Origin: Amylibacter sp.
Lineage (GTDB): Bacteria; Pseudomonadota; Alphaproteobacteria; Rhodobacterales; Rhodobacteraceae
Length of the DNA: 64,000 nucleotides
Assembly: GCA_029252725.1 (NCBI GenBank)
Contig: JAQXAV010000052.1
Location: forward strand, 23,081-87,080
Direction: 5' to 3'
The notes below the pieces were generated by a model. The model ran no database searches. It was given only the letters and a program-made list of their open reading frames with translations, and was not told the DNA's origin. Both the position numbers and the translations under genes were made by a program. Shown piece by piece: positions 9,570-18,366 of the stretch (its first letter is position 1; every line of letters begins with the position of its first letter).

Positions 9570-10945
9570 TCGCCATACTCCTCATAGATATCGCGCCAAG
9601 GGCGGTTTTCATAGGCCACACGCTTGATATTGATCAGGTGCAGTGCTGTAACGTTGTCCGATGTGATACTGCCAGACCATGTGCCAGTGCCAAGCATAAA
9701 GGACGGTTCCAAATCAGTTGAATAACCCATGCCACCCAAAATCGCTGGTGTATTCACAAGGACGCGGCCCGTGGGCACCGCCGCAAACTGAGCCACGATT
9801 TCTGGATCGTTTGAGTGCAAGCAGGCTGAGTGGCCCCAGCCCTCAAACTTTGCAATATTAATCGACATCTCAATGCCATGCTGGCTGTCACGCACCTCAT
9901 AGAAGGCTAAAACAGGATTCAACTTTTCTGCACTAAGCGGACGATGCCAACCAATTTCGGTCTCCTCAGACACCAAACAACGCGTTTTGGGCGGAATCGA
10001 AAACCCAGCAGCGTCCGCTAATGCTTGTGGGCTTTGCCCAACACGCTCTGCATTCATCGCTTGCTTACCCATAAAGATTACTTTGGATAAACGGTCACTT
10101 TCCGCAAGGGTGCAGAAATACGCTCCACGCATCTTCATTTCTTGGCGCAACTCACGCGCAATCTCGGGATCGGCTATTACCGCTTGTTCCGAAACACAGG
10201 CAGTACCGTAGTCAAAACACTTGGAGGTTACGATCATCTCAGCAACTTCGCCGATCTCACCACCCTTCGATTTATGAACATAACAGGGTACGTTGCCTGC
10301 ACCAACAGCCAACGTCGGCTTACCACTTGAATAGGCCGCCTTTACCATCGCAGGGCCACCCGTCGCCATAACAACTGATGTGCGGCGGTGACTCATCAAT
10401 TCGGCCGTGCCTGCAATGGTCACTTGGTCTAAACACTGAATCAAACCCTTCGGCGCACCCATTTGTTCAGCTGCGTCCGCCATCACCTTGATTGTCGCCA
10501 TCCCACACTTAATGCCACGCGGATGTGGCGCACAAACAATTGCATTGCCTGCCTTCACTGCCGACAGTACCTTAAAAATAATCGTCGAAGTCGGGTTCGT
10601 AACTGGTATTAATGCTGCCACAACGCCCATAGGCTCGCCAAACGCCGCAACCTTCGTCGCATCATCACGCCACAACATTCCAAGCGTCGTCACATCACGT
10701 AGAAAATCCGCAACCGAAAGCGCGTTAAACAAATTCTTAAGCCGCTTATCAGGCACGTTCCCGTATCCTGTTTCTTCAACGGCCAGTGCGGCCAGCTCTT
10801 TGGCAACAGGTTCAATTGCCCGTGCCATCGAATCGACAATTGCATCTACATGCGCAGGGTCCGTGCCAAGAAATTTTTGATACGCCGTAAAAGCCGTTTC
10901 CGCGGTTCGCCGTGCAGCTGCAATGGATTTAAGATCATCGTCCAT
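9566..10945 (-). CDS. CoA-acylating aldehyde dehydrogenase (EutE/PduP family)
   Basis: PMGVVAALIPVTNPTST, ATGGPAMVKAAYSSGKP, catalytic SKCFDYGTACVSEQ, EKLNPVL, GHSACLHS, GTGTWSGSITSDN. Confidence 0.9.
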   Translation of the reverse strand: MDDDLKSIAAARRTAETAFTAYQKFLGTDPAHVDAIVDSMARAIEPVAKELAALAVEETGYGNVPDKRLKNLFNALSVADFLRDVTTLGMLWRDDATKVAAFGEPMGVVAALIPVTNPTSTIIFKVLSAVKAGNAIVCAPHPRGIKCGMATIKVMADAAEQMGAPKGLIQCLDQVTIAGTAELMSHRRTSVVMATGGPAMVKAAYSSGKPTLAVGAGNVPCYVHKSKGGEIGEVAEMIVTSKCFDYGTACVSEQAVIADPEIARELRQEMKMRGAYFCTLAESDRLSKVIFMGKQAMNAERVGQSPQALADAAGFSIPPKTRCLVSEETEIGWHRPLSAEKLNPVLAFYEVRDSQHGIEMSINIAKFEGWGHSACLHSNDPEIVAQFAAVPTGRVLVNTPAILGGMGYSTDLEPSFMLGTGTWSGSITSDNVTALHLINIKRVAYENRPWRDIYEEYGE

Positions 10946-10946
10946 A

Positions 10947-12134
10947 TCAACTTCCTCCCTTGGCTATTGCGTCCATGGCGGATCGCGCCGTGTCTATATC
11001 TTTGGCGGTAATCCCAATAGTATCAAGCCGCCGTCCCGCTGCCGCAACATCTGCACCCAAAATGGCACTCGCCAGCGTAATCATCGATTGCGTCACAGGC
11101 AGTTCAATCCCTGCCAGCTTTCCAGCTGACATAAGCGGCACGAGCGAGCCAATAACTCCATCACGCAACAATGCCTTAGCACCATCTTGATCCGGCACAG
11201 GCCTTTTAGCCTCTCCCTTTACAACACCGGCATGGGTTTCAATCAAAGTTTTCACACCCGCCAATCCACGGACACCAAAGGCTTTCGCAACAGACATCCG
11301 TTCTTTTGTCAATTGTTCGATTATATTGCGCTGTTCGATACCAATCAGAGCAGCAAAGTTCTGATTCTCCGCCAAAGGCGCCCCGCCCATGGGCACAGGC
11401 ACTGCGCCTGAACCCAGTGCCGGACCACTCATCAACAACGCGGGAAACTCTACCAGAGCAGATCCATCTGCGAAGCCAGATGTTAGGACACTGTCACAAG
11501 CTTCTAAATTTGGAAGGTATTTGGCCAAACCTTCCAAAACATCATCCCGACCACTTGGTAGAGTTGCGGCAGCTACAGGTCCGCACGGAGATAAGTTTAA
11601 AACCGCACCCTCTGCCTTAACAAAAAACGGCAAACCTTGCGCTTCGACAATCGTTATATCTGCAGTACAGCCACCAATACGTAAAAACCAAGCAGTTTCA
11701 AGTGCGCCCAACGATCGACCAGGGGCCAAAACCAAAACCTGCCCATCAGACAGATGATCAGCCAATACCATCGCGTAGGTGCGTTGCTTGTGTACAGGCC
11801 CCGTCAGGTAAATCACGTCTGCTTCTCTAACGGACGCATCTAGTTCCGCCGTTGTTTGGATGGACGGCGACGTACGATCTACCTGATAAGTGCCAACTGG
11901 CCCAGCGCCGCGCAGAGAGACACCGCTCGACGAGCGCAATGCCTCCAGTTCGGACCCATAGGCTGAAAAGAGTGAGACTTTCGCCCCTTCAGCCAGGCTC
12001 AGCGCCGCAATAAGCCTCGCATCTTCACCGCCACCCAGCACTGAGATACGGTCATAGGACGGCACGTTTCTTGACTTTTTGGACGCAGACGAGCTTGAAG
12101 CCGCATCCGCGAATTCTGCAAACGCATTGGTCAT
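10947..12134 (-). CDS. NAD/NADP octopine/nopaline (opine) dehydrogenase family homologue with degenerate motifs
   Basis: Family-like layout (ISVLGGG, A.V..ADVIYLTGP, GQVLVLAPG, GSLVPLMSAGKLAGIELPVTQSMITLASAILG.D....GRRLDTIG), but GGGEDA replaces GxGxxG and the expected NxxxHP and RYxxED motifs are missing. Confidence 0.75.
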   Translation of the reverse strand: MTNAFAEFADAASSSSASKKSRNVPSYDRISVLGGGEDARLIAALSLAEGAKVSLFSAYGSELEALRSSSGVSLRGAGPVGTYQVDRTSPSIQTTAELDASVREADVIYLTGPVHKQRTYAMVLADHLSDGQVLVLAPGRSLGALETAWFLRIGGCTADITIVEAQGLPFFVKAEGAVLNLSPCGPVAAATLPSGRDDVLEGLAKYLPNLEACDSVLTSGFADGSALVEFPALLMSGPALGSGAVPVPMGGAPLAENQNFAALIGIEQRNIIEQLTKERMSVAKAFGVRGLAGVKTLIETHAGVVKGEAKRPVPDQDGAKALLRDGVIGSLVPLMSAGKLAGIELPVTQSMITLASAILGADVAAAGRRLDTIGITAKDIDTARSAMDAIAKGGS

Positions 12135-12163
12135 GGAAGTATCCCTTCAGGCGTTAGATTTAA

Positions 12164-12460
12164 CTAACCAGCAATGCCTTCAAGAATGGCTTCCAGTTCA
12201 TCATGTGGGCGTGCGATCACATGGACAGACACCACTTCACCAACCTTGTTAGCTGCTGTCGCACCCGCGTCTGTTGCCGCCTTTACCGCGCCGACTTCGC
12301 CACGAACGAGCGTTGTTACCAACCCACCGCCCGCTTTTGTTTGTGCAACAATCGCAACGCTTGCTGCTTTGACCATCGCATCAGCCGCTTCAATAGAAGC
12401 GACCAAGCCACGTGTTTCGATCATACCTAGAGCCGATTGGCCCGCTGCTGGTTTCGCCAT
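12164..12460 (-). CDS. BMC shell hexamer protein (BMC-H, EutM/PduA-like)
   Basis: [60 protein letters not shown]. Confidence 0.95.
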   Translation of the reverse strand: MAKPAAGQSALGMIETRGLVASIEAADAMVKAASVAIVAQTKAGGGLVTTLVRGEVGAVKAATDAGATAANKVGEVVSVHVIARPHDELEAILEGIAG

Positions 12461-12484
12461 TGTTTTTCTCCTAAATGACAGTGA

Positions 12485-12754
12485 TTATTTTGCGAGGGCG
12501 ACTTTATCCACCACCGCGACAATTGTTGCATCTACGGGCGAACCCGCGCTTCCAGCCGCCATACGAGCCGCTGATCCTGTAGTAATAAGCACGGTGTCTC
12601 CAACGCCTGCACCCACCGTATCCGTGGCTACTTGTGCCTCTGATAAAACGCCACCAACGCCATCGGTGATGTCACACAGAAGCAAGGTCGCCCCAACTAG
12701 CTGTGTATCTTTGGCGGTGGCCGTGACCGTCCCAACAACGCGAGCTAGTTTCAT
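12485..12754 (-). CDS. BMC shell pentamer/vertex protein (BMC-P, EutN/CcmL family)
   Basis: MKLARVVGTVTATAKDTQLVG, VATDTVGAGVGDTVLITTGSAAR, PVDATIVAVVD. Confidence 0.95.
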   Translation of the reverse strand: MKLARVVGTVTATAKDTQLVGATLLLCDITDGVGGVLSEAQVATDTVGAGVGDTVLITTGSAARMAAGSAGSPVDATIVAVVDKVALAK

Positions 12755-14061
12755 CAGAAGTTCCCCAGATAACGGTCAAGTTCGATCTGTGTAACTTGGT
12801 TGTTGATAAACTCATTATAAAAATTCAATTCCCGCTCGCACATTTGCAAATAGATTTCCCACTGTGTTTCTCCCATAACGTCCTTGAGCCACGCAGACCC
12901 GCGGGCAAGATCAATTGCAGTGCCTAAATCCGTTGGGATCGGAGCTGCACGTTGAGATTCATAAGCATTGCCCAGCTCACATTCATCGGGCTCTATACTC
13001 TGCTCAATACCATCCAAACCCGCTGCAATATCAGCAGCCAGTAACAAATATGGATTAGCATCTGCACCCGCGTCACGCTTTTCGATCCGTGTGGCTGTGT
13101 TAGACCCTTGAATCACGCGCAAACCGACAGTGCGGTTGTCCAATCCCCAAGCTGTGTTGATCGGACAAAACGTGTAAGGCTGACGGCGACGGTACCCGTT
13201 CACTGTAGCAGAACCACAAACAGACGCTTCCGCCATCCGCTTTTGCAAACCACCCAAAAAATGTCGGCCCATCTCACTCAACTCACCCTTATTTGCGAAG
13301 ACGTTCTTACCGTTTTCCCAAACTGAATAATGCGTATGGAACCCATTGCCACTCTCCTCAAAGAATGGCTTTGCCATAAAGGTCGCCTTGTAATCGTGCG
13401 CAGATGCCAGCTGCTTTACCAAAGTGCGGAATTCAACCGCACGATCTGCAGACAACATTGCTTCGCCGTAACGTATATTCACCTCAACCTGGCCGGCCGC
13501 ATACTCCGGATTAGACTGCTCGATTGGGATACCGTACTCATTAATTTGTTGGCGGATCGGACCAAGCACATGCTCTAACTCCGCTGAACGATCAAGACCA
13601 TAAACACCGATCCCCCGGTCTTTTGGCAAATTTGTTTCGGGGTCAAGCAGATAGAATTCGAGTTCCGTACCAACTTGTACCTGAAAGCCCATCTTTTCCG
13701 CACGCGTCAACTGTCGTTTCAAAACGTTGCGCGGATCAATCGGTAATTCGCTGTGATCCATTGCTTCAGAACGCCCCATGCACATCGCCACACCCGGCTC
13801 CCAAGGCAACTCTACAGGTTGTGTCATCGGAAACATGTGAAAATCAGGGTAGCCATTGTCAAAGTTCACATAGGGTGTGTCCCAGACATCGCATGTCATA
13901 TCGATCGCGAACAAAGCGATAGAATAAGCATTTCCGTTCTTACAAATATTGTCCCAATGAGTTGCAGGGATGCGCTTTCCACGCATTATTCCACACATAT
14001 CTCCTAAACCCATTACAACAGTATGCGTTCCCTCTGGTAATTTAAAGCTTTGATTAGACAC
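12754..14061 (-). CDS. Glutamine synthetase family gamma-glutamylamide ligase (PuuA/PauA-like), first gene of the BMC operon
   Basis: D..GIMRGKRIP, ELEFYLL, EYAAGQVEVNI, SGNGFHTHYSVW, WGLDNRTVGLR, RIEKRDAGADANPY. The GS glutamate-flap 'EAP' is replaced by 'FCP'. GTG start with GGGAG upstream; TGATG overlap with the BMC-P gene. Confidence 0.85.
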   Translation of the reverse strand: MSNQSFKLPEGTHTVVMGLGDMCGIMRGKRIPATHWDNICKNGNAYSIALFAIDMTCDVWDTPYVNFDNGYPDFHMFPMTQPVELPWEPGVAMCMGRSEAMDHSELPIDPRNVLKRQLTRAEKMGFQVQVGTELEFYLLDPETNLPKDRGIGVYGLDRSAELEHVLGPIRQQINEYGIPIEQSNPEYAAGQVEVNIRYGEAMLSADRAVEFRTLVKQLASAHDYKATFMAKPFFEESGNGFHTHYSVWENGKNVFANKGELSEMGRHFLGGLQKRMAEASVCGSATVNGYRRRQPYTFCPINTAWGLDNRTVGLRVIQGSNTATRIEKRDAGADANPYLLLAADIAAGLDGIEQSIEPDECELGNAYESQRAAPIPTDLGTAIDLARGSAWLKDVMGETQWEIYLQMCERELNFYNEFINNQVTQIELDRYLGNF

Positions 14062-14096
14062 ATTTTTCTCCCTGTCCTACAGTCCTTGCTATCAAA

Positions 14097-14118
14097 CTGT
14101 ATTCTGTATACAGTATCC
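14097..14118. promoter_or_regulatory. Putative GntR/FadR-type operator in the divergent promoter of the BMC operon and the flavoprotein gene
   Basis: CTGTATTCTGTATACAGTATCC, containing the perfect palindrome CTGTATACAG within three 7-bp-period units. Confidence 0.65.
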
Positions 14119-14147
14119 ATAAATACAGTTTCCGCAAGGATTTTCTG

Positions 14148-15290
14148 ATGTCGAAAGCTAACATTATAATAGTCGGTGGGGGAATAGCTGGCGCCATGAC
14201 CGCGCTAAACCTCCAACGCAATGGCGAGCGTGTGACTCTCATCGATCGATGGGAGCCCGGTCATCCCCGTGCTGCCTCGACCGACTATAACCGCGTTATC
14301 CGCGCCATCTCCGGTCGTGATGAATTCTACACTAGATGGGCACGCGAAAGCCGCACGCGCTGGCTGGAACTTCAAACTGAGACTGGCCAGAAACTAATGT
14401 ATGAATGTGGCGCTCTTATCCTCGCCACTAGGGGCCACTGTGACTGGGAAGACGCCACCGCTACCACCTTCGACCGTGTTGGTGTCCCCTACTACAAACT
14501 CAGCAAAGAGGAAGTGCAACAACGTTTTCCACAATTCAAAGTGGACGAAATCGAATACGCCTTGTTTGAACCTGAAGCCGGCCTCCTCATGGCGCACCGC
14601 TGTGTAATCACCGCCATTGACCTATTCAAGAAACTTGGCGGCACGGTCAAACGCGAAATCGTCACAACAGACGCAACCGAACGCCCAATGGTTAACGGAA
14701 AGCCGCTAGAGGCAGACGTGATAATCGTTGCTACAGGCGCTTGGATGGCAGAAATGTTTCCAAAAACAATCAAACCAATCAGTGCAATAATGGGAATAAA
14801 CGTGCTTTACACTTCTACCCCTGACGGATCCGATGCGTTCGACATGGATAACATGCCTTGCTGGATCGATCATGGCCAAGGTTCATTCGGCATCCCAAGT
14901 TCGGAGGGATCAGGCGTCAAAGCCGCCGTTGTTATTCCAAACACACCTATCGATATTAACAACGACGAACGTTTGATCGAAAAACAATCGCTCAACAAAA
15001 CCCGCCAATATATACGTCACCGACTCCCGGGCCTTGAAGGACAACGCATTGTGGACAGTAAATTTAATCAAGTCATCTTAACGCCCGACACACATTTTAT
15101 CGTCGACTGGCATCCCAAACATAAAAACGTCCTGCTCGCTGGCGGTTGTTCGGGACACCTGTTCAAACACGGCCCAATCTTTGGCGAATTTACTGCTGGG
15201 GTTGCCATGAAAAACTATGGCACAGCCGACCGTTTCAAAATCGCGGGCCGCCGCAAACTCTCTCCTAAGGAGAGCCCAAGTGGACGTTAA
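14148..15290 (+). CDS. FAD-dependent amine oxidase, monomeric sarcosine oxidase / N-methyl-amino-acid oxidase family
   Basis: IIIVGGGIAG FAD motif, AASTDYNRVIR, TPDTHFIVDWHP, GCSGHLFK. Confidence 0.8.
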   Translation: MSKANIIIVGGGIAGAMTALNLQRNGERVTLIDRWEPGHPRAASTDYNRVIRAISGRDEFYTRWARESRTRWLELQTETGQKLMYECGALILATRGHCDWEDATATTFDRVGVPYYKLSKEEVQQRFPQFKVDEIEYALFEPEAGLLMAHRCVITAIDLFKKLGGTVKREIVTTDATERPMVNGKPLEADVIIVATGAWMAEMFPKTIKPISAIMGINVLYTSTPDGSDAFDMDNMPCWIDHGQGSFGIPSSEGSGVKAAVVIPNTPIDINNDERLIEKQSLNKTRQYIRHRLPGLEGQRIVDSKFNQVILTPDTHFIVDWHPKHKNVLLAGGCSGHLFKHGPIFGEFTAGVAMKNYGTADRFKIAGRRKLSPKESPSGR

Positions 15291-15563
15291 GACTTAGTGC
15301 TGGCAACCAATAAAAACCTCAGCCTTCGGACAGATAAAGATAAACAAACCTCTGAACATAATTGCTTGAGGCCACCCATGCCATTGCCAAAAAGTAAATA
15401 TCTCTGCTTCAGCCCCACTCAAAGACCGCTTCAATTTGGAGAATAACAGCTAGCTTTCGATCGGTTTAGGCACTTTTGCTTAGGTCTGACAAACGAGCTT
15501 AGGGATGCGTCAGGCTAGGATGTGACATCTTTTTGAATACCGACGACACGGATCAAAATAAAA

Positions 15564-16271
15564 TTATAGATTAGCCGCGTGCACGCGAAAGAATTTGGCT
15601 ACTTTTTCAGTCATTAAATCAGCTTTCACGTCTCCTGCGTCAAAGCTGGCCAGGGCGGCTGCCATTTCCGCATCGTTCGGAAAACCTGACTGGCCTTGCG
15701 CACGCGCAAACACATCCGAAATGTGCTTCTTCGTATGTTCGGGATGAAATTGGACACTGGCAGCTGGAAAGTCATATTCTAACGCACCCACTGGACAGTA
15801 ATCCGCTATCCCCGTGACCTTAGCATTTGGGGGCACTTGGGTGACCTGATCCTGGTGCCACACATGCGCGTCCACCTCAATACCATTGAGATCAAATTGA
15901 CGCACGCCAACAACGTTGCCACCCAAAGTCTTTTCAGCCTTACCTCCAAACGTATCTGCCATGATCTGATGCCCAAAACAAATTCCGAAGATCGGCTTAC
16001 CCACCACTTTGGTGTTCCGTAACAATTGGCGCAGCGGCTCCATCCACGGCGTATCATCGTAAACACCAAACTCTGACCCAGTCAGCAACAGTCCATCAAA
16101 CGTATCCAGTCGCGGCATGGGCGCGCCACCCTCCGCCACATCAATCCGCGCAAATTCCGCATCAGACATCGCAGGTGCGATCCACTCGACAGTTTGCTCC
16201 CCAACGCTGGGTAATCCCTCCAACATTGGAACTGGATGTCGTGTCAGATCGAGAACGGCAATTCTCACCAC
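15564..16271 (-). CDS. Class I glutamine amidotransferase (possible gamma-glutamyl hydrolase)
   Basis: LTGS, nucleophile elbow GICFGHQ, WHQDQV, QFHPE catalytic His-Glu. Confidence 0.85.
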   Translation of the reverse strand: MVRIAVLDLTRHPVPMLEGLPSVGEQTVEWIAPAMSDAEFARIDVAEGGAPMPRLDTFDGLLLTGSEFGVYDDTPWMEPLRQLLRNTKVVGKPIFGICFGHQIMADTFGGKAEKTLGGNVVGVRQFDLNGIEVDAHVWHQDQVTQVPPNAKVTGIADYCPVGALEYDFPAASVQFHPEHTKKHISDVFARAQGQSGFPNDAEMAAALASFDAGDVKADLMTEKVAKFFRVHAANL

Positions 16272-17689
16272 TCATAGGCCCTATCAATTCCAGCCATCTT
16301 CACCCCCGTAAAAGCAGAAGCTTCAAAAGACAATGCACGCAGATCTTCAACCTCTAAGTTATGTACCGATGATTTACCACATGCCTTAGCCAATGCCGTG
16401 ATTTCCATCGTCATCGCTGTCAGATACCGCGCCACACGTTCGGCACCCGCGTGGGGGTCCATGCGCTTCTCCAACTCTGGATCTTGCGTTGCCACGCCAA
16501 CTGGACACATCCCTGTATGACAGTGGTGACAAGCCCCTGGAGATGTGCCAAGCTTCGCGTAATCTTCTAAATAACGGGGCGAATTACAGCCCATTGCGAT
16601 CATCGCCGCATTTCCAATCATTACCGCATCTGCGCCCAAGGCGATCGCCTTGGCCGCATCGACACCTGATCGAATACCGCCCGCCGCAACAAGCGACACC
16701 TTATCCGACATCCCACATTCATCCAGACTTTCTCGCGCTGCACGAATGGCCGACATATTCGGAATACCTGTATGGTTAAGCAGAAGTTCAGGCGACGCAC
16801 CAGTGCCGCCTTCCGCCCCATCTACCACGATAATATCAGCACCAGCCTTTGCCGCAACCGCCACATCGAACCGTGGACGCGTTGCACCCATCTTTATGGA
16901 AATTGGCACCTTATAGTTGGTCGCAATCCGCAGCTCTTCAATTTTTACAGCCAGATCATCGGCACCAAGGAAGTCTGGGTGTCGAATTGTCGACCGCTGA
17001 TCCACGCCTTCAGGCAAAGTGCGCATCTTTGATACGCGCGGGGACACTTTCATCCCAAGCAGCAAGCCACCCGTTCCAGGCTTTGCGCCCTGCCCTACAA
17101 CAATCTCGAGCCCATCCGCGCGACGCAGATGTTCCAGATCAATTCCATATCGGGCGGGTGACATTTGATAAACAAGCCTCTGCGAAGCCTCCCGCTCCTC
17201 TTCGAGCATCCCACCTTCACCCGTGCAGGTCATTGTTCCAACTTTGGATGCACCGTAACCTAACGAAGCTTTTGCAGATGCAGACAATGCACCAAAAGAC
17301 ATCGACGCGATATAGATTGGAATTTTTAGTTCGAGCGGATTTTCAACAATCCCACGTCCACCACCTAAAATGGTTGTTGTATCACACTTCTCGCGGTAGC
17401 CTTCTAACGGTAACCGCGTCATCGTTGCGGGCACAAACGTCAGGTCATCGAAAGTTGGCATCCGTTTATTAAAGGAATTATAGCCACGCACCTGATAACG
17501 CCCCAGCTGAGCTAATGCATGCACTTCCGAAATCGCTTCGGGTGTCCAGCGAGCTGAACCACCTTCGTCATAAGATGCGGGAACACCTGCTGGACGACCT
17601 TCTACAGCACCCGCATCTTTAAATCGAATTTCATCCTCGGGCGGCAGCTCGAATGGATAATCATATGGTTTGCTTAGATCATGAGCCAT
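16265..17689 (-). CDS. FMN-binding glutamate synthase domain protein (N-methylglutamate synthase subunit C, MgsC/GlxD-like)
   Basis: MSFGALS, TGEGG, GQGAKPGTGG, DGAEGGTGA, GGIRSG.D, Fe-S motif CHHCHTGMCPVGVATQD. Confidence 0.85.
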   Translation of the reverse strand: MAHDLSKPYDYPFELPPEDEIRFKDAGAVEGRPAGVPASYDEGGSARWTPEAISEVHALAQLGRYQVRGYNSFNKRMPTFDDLTFVPATMTRLPLEGYREKCDTTTILGGGRGIVENPLELKIPIYIASMSFGALSASAKASLGYGASKVGTMTCTGEGGMLEEEREASQRLVYQMSPARYGIDLEHLRRADGLEIVVGQGAKPGTGGLLLGMKVSPRVSKMRTLPEGVDQRSTIRHPDFLGADDLAVKIEELRIATNYKVPISIKMGATRPRFDVAVAAKAGADIIVVDGAEGGTGASPELLLNHTGIPNMSAIRAARESLDECGMSDKVSLVAAGGIRSGVDAAKAIALGADAVMIGNAAMIAMGCNSPRYLEDYAKLGTSPGACHHCHTGMCPVGVATQDPELEKRMDPHAGAERVARYLTAMTMEITALAKACGKSSVHNLEVEDLRALSFEASAFTGVKMAGIDRAYEW

Positions 17690-18366
17690 GCGCTTGCGTC
17701 CCTGCTTTCAAAATACCATAGGCGCTGGCCGGATACCAGTTTACGCCATTCCCGTGATGTGTCCACCAAGCCCAAAGGATCCAAAATAGTGTCCACTTCT
17801 GCAACTTCTTCAGCTGTAGGCTCAACTGCATGGGCATCCACGCCCAAACTTTCAATTTCGCCCGCAACCCAAATCTCACCTTCCCACAAGGCATCAGCGC
17901 AGCTTTCACCCGCACCACCCAGCGCAATGATCTTACCGCTATGGGACATAAATCCAGACTGGTACCCAATCTTGCCTTCAACCACAATATTGCCGCCCTT
18001 CATGGCGACCCCAACGCGCGGTCCTGCATCACCTTTGACGTGAATCGTCCCGCCCATCATGGCCGCACCACAGGACATGCCTGCGTAGCCACCCACGGTG
18101 ATGTGCCCTTTGGACATTCCCTCACCACAGGCCCAGCCAGCATTGCGTTCTATATCGATGGTCGCACCCACATTGAGCCCTCCACAGTAATATCCTGTGG
18201 AGCCTTCAAAACTAATTTTACATCCATCGGGCAATCCAATGCCAAGGTTGTGACGTGACAATGTATTGACCACACGGACTACCTTATCTGAGGCCGCAGC
18301 ATCCTGGATTTCCTCATTAATTTCTTTTATGTGACGCTTACCAACCTCGATGATATGTTCGCTCAT
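17674..18366 (-). CDS. Glutamate synthase GXGXG domain protein (MgsB/GlxC-like)
   Basis: GSTGYYCGG, GWACGEGMSKG, repeated G-x-A-G beta-helix units; sits between the GATase II and FMN-domain genes. Confidence 0.85.
   Translation of the reverse strand: MSEHIIEVGKRHIKEINEEIQDAAASDKVVRVVNTLSRHNLGIGLPDGCKISFEGSTGYYCGGLNVGATIDIERNAGWACGEGMSKGHITVGGYAGMSCGAAMMGGTIHVKGDAGPRVGVAMKGGNIVVEGKIGYQSGFMSHSGKIIALGGAGESCADALWEGEIWVAGEIESLGVDAHAVEPTAEEVAEVDTILDPLGLVDTSREWRKLVSGQRLWYFESRDASAWLMI

Noticed and set aside
7364-14061. Calling the BMC locus a known EUT, PDU, GRM, PVM or carboxysome type
   Set aside because: No ethanolamine ammonia-lyase, diol dehydratase, glycyl-radical enzyme, aldolase or RuBisCO gene is present in the window.
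12754-14061. Calling this gene glnA or canonical gmaS/glnT
   Set aside because: It lacks the GS glutamate-flap EAP motif and the N-terminal motifs look PuuA/PauA-like. Only family-level assignment is supportable.
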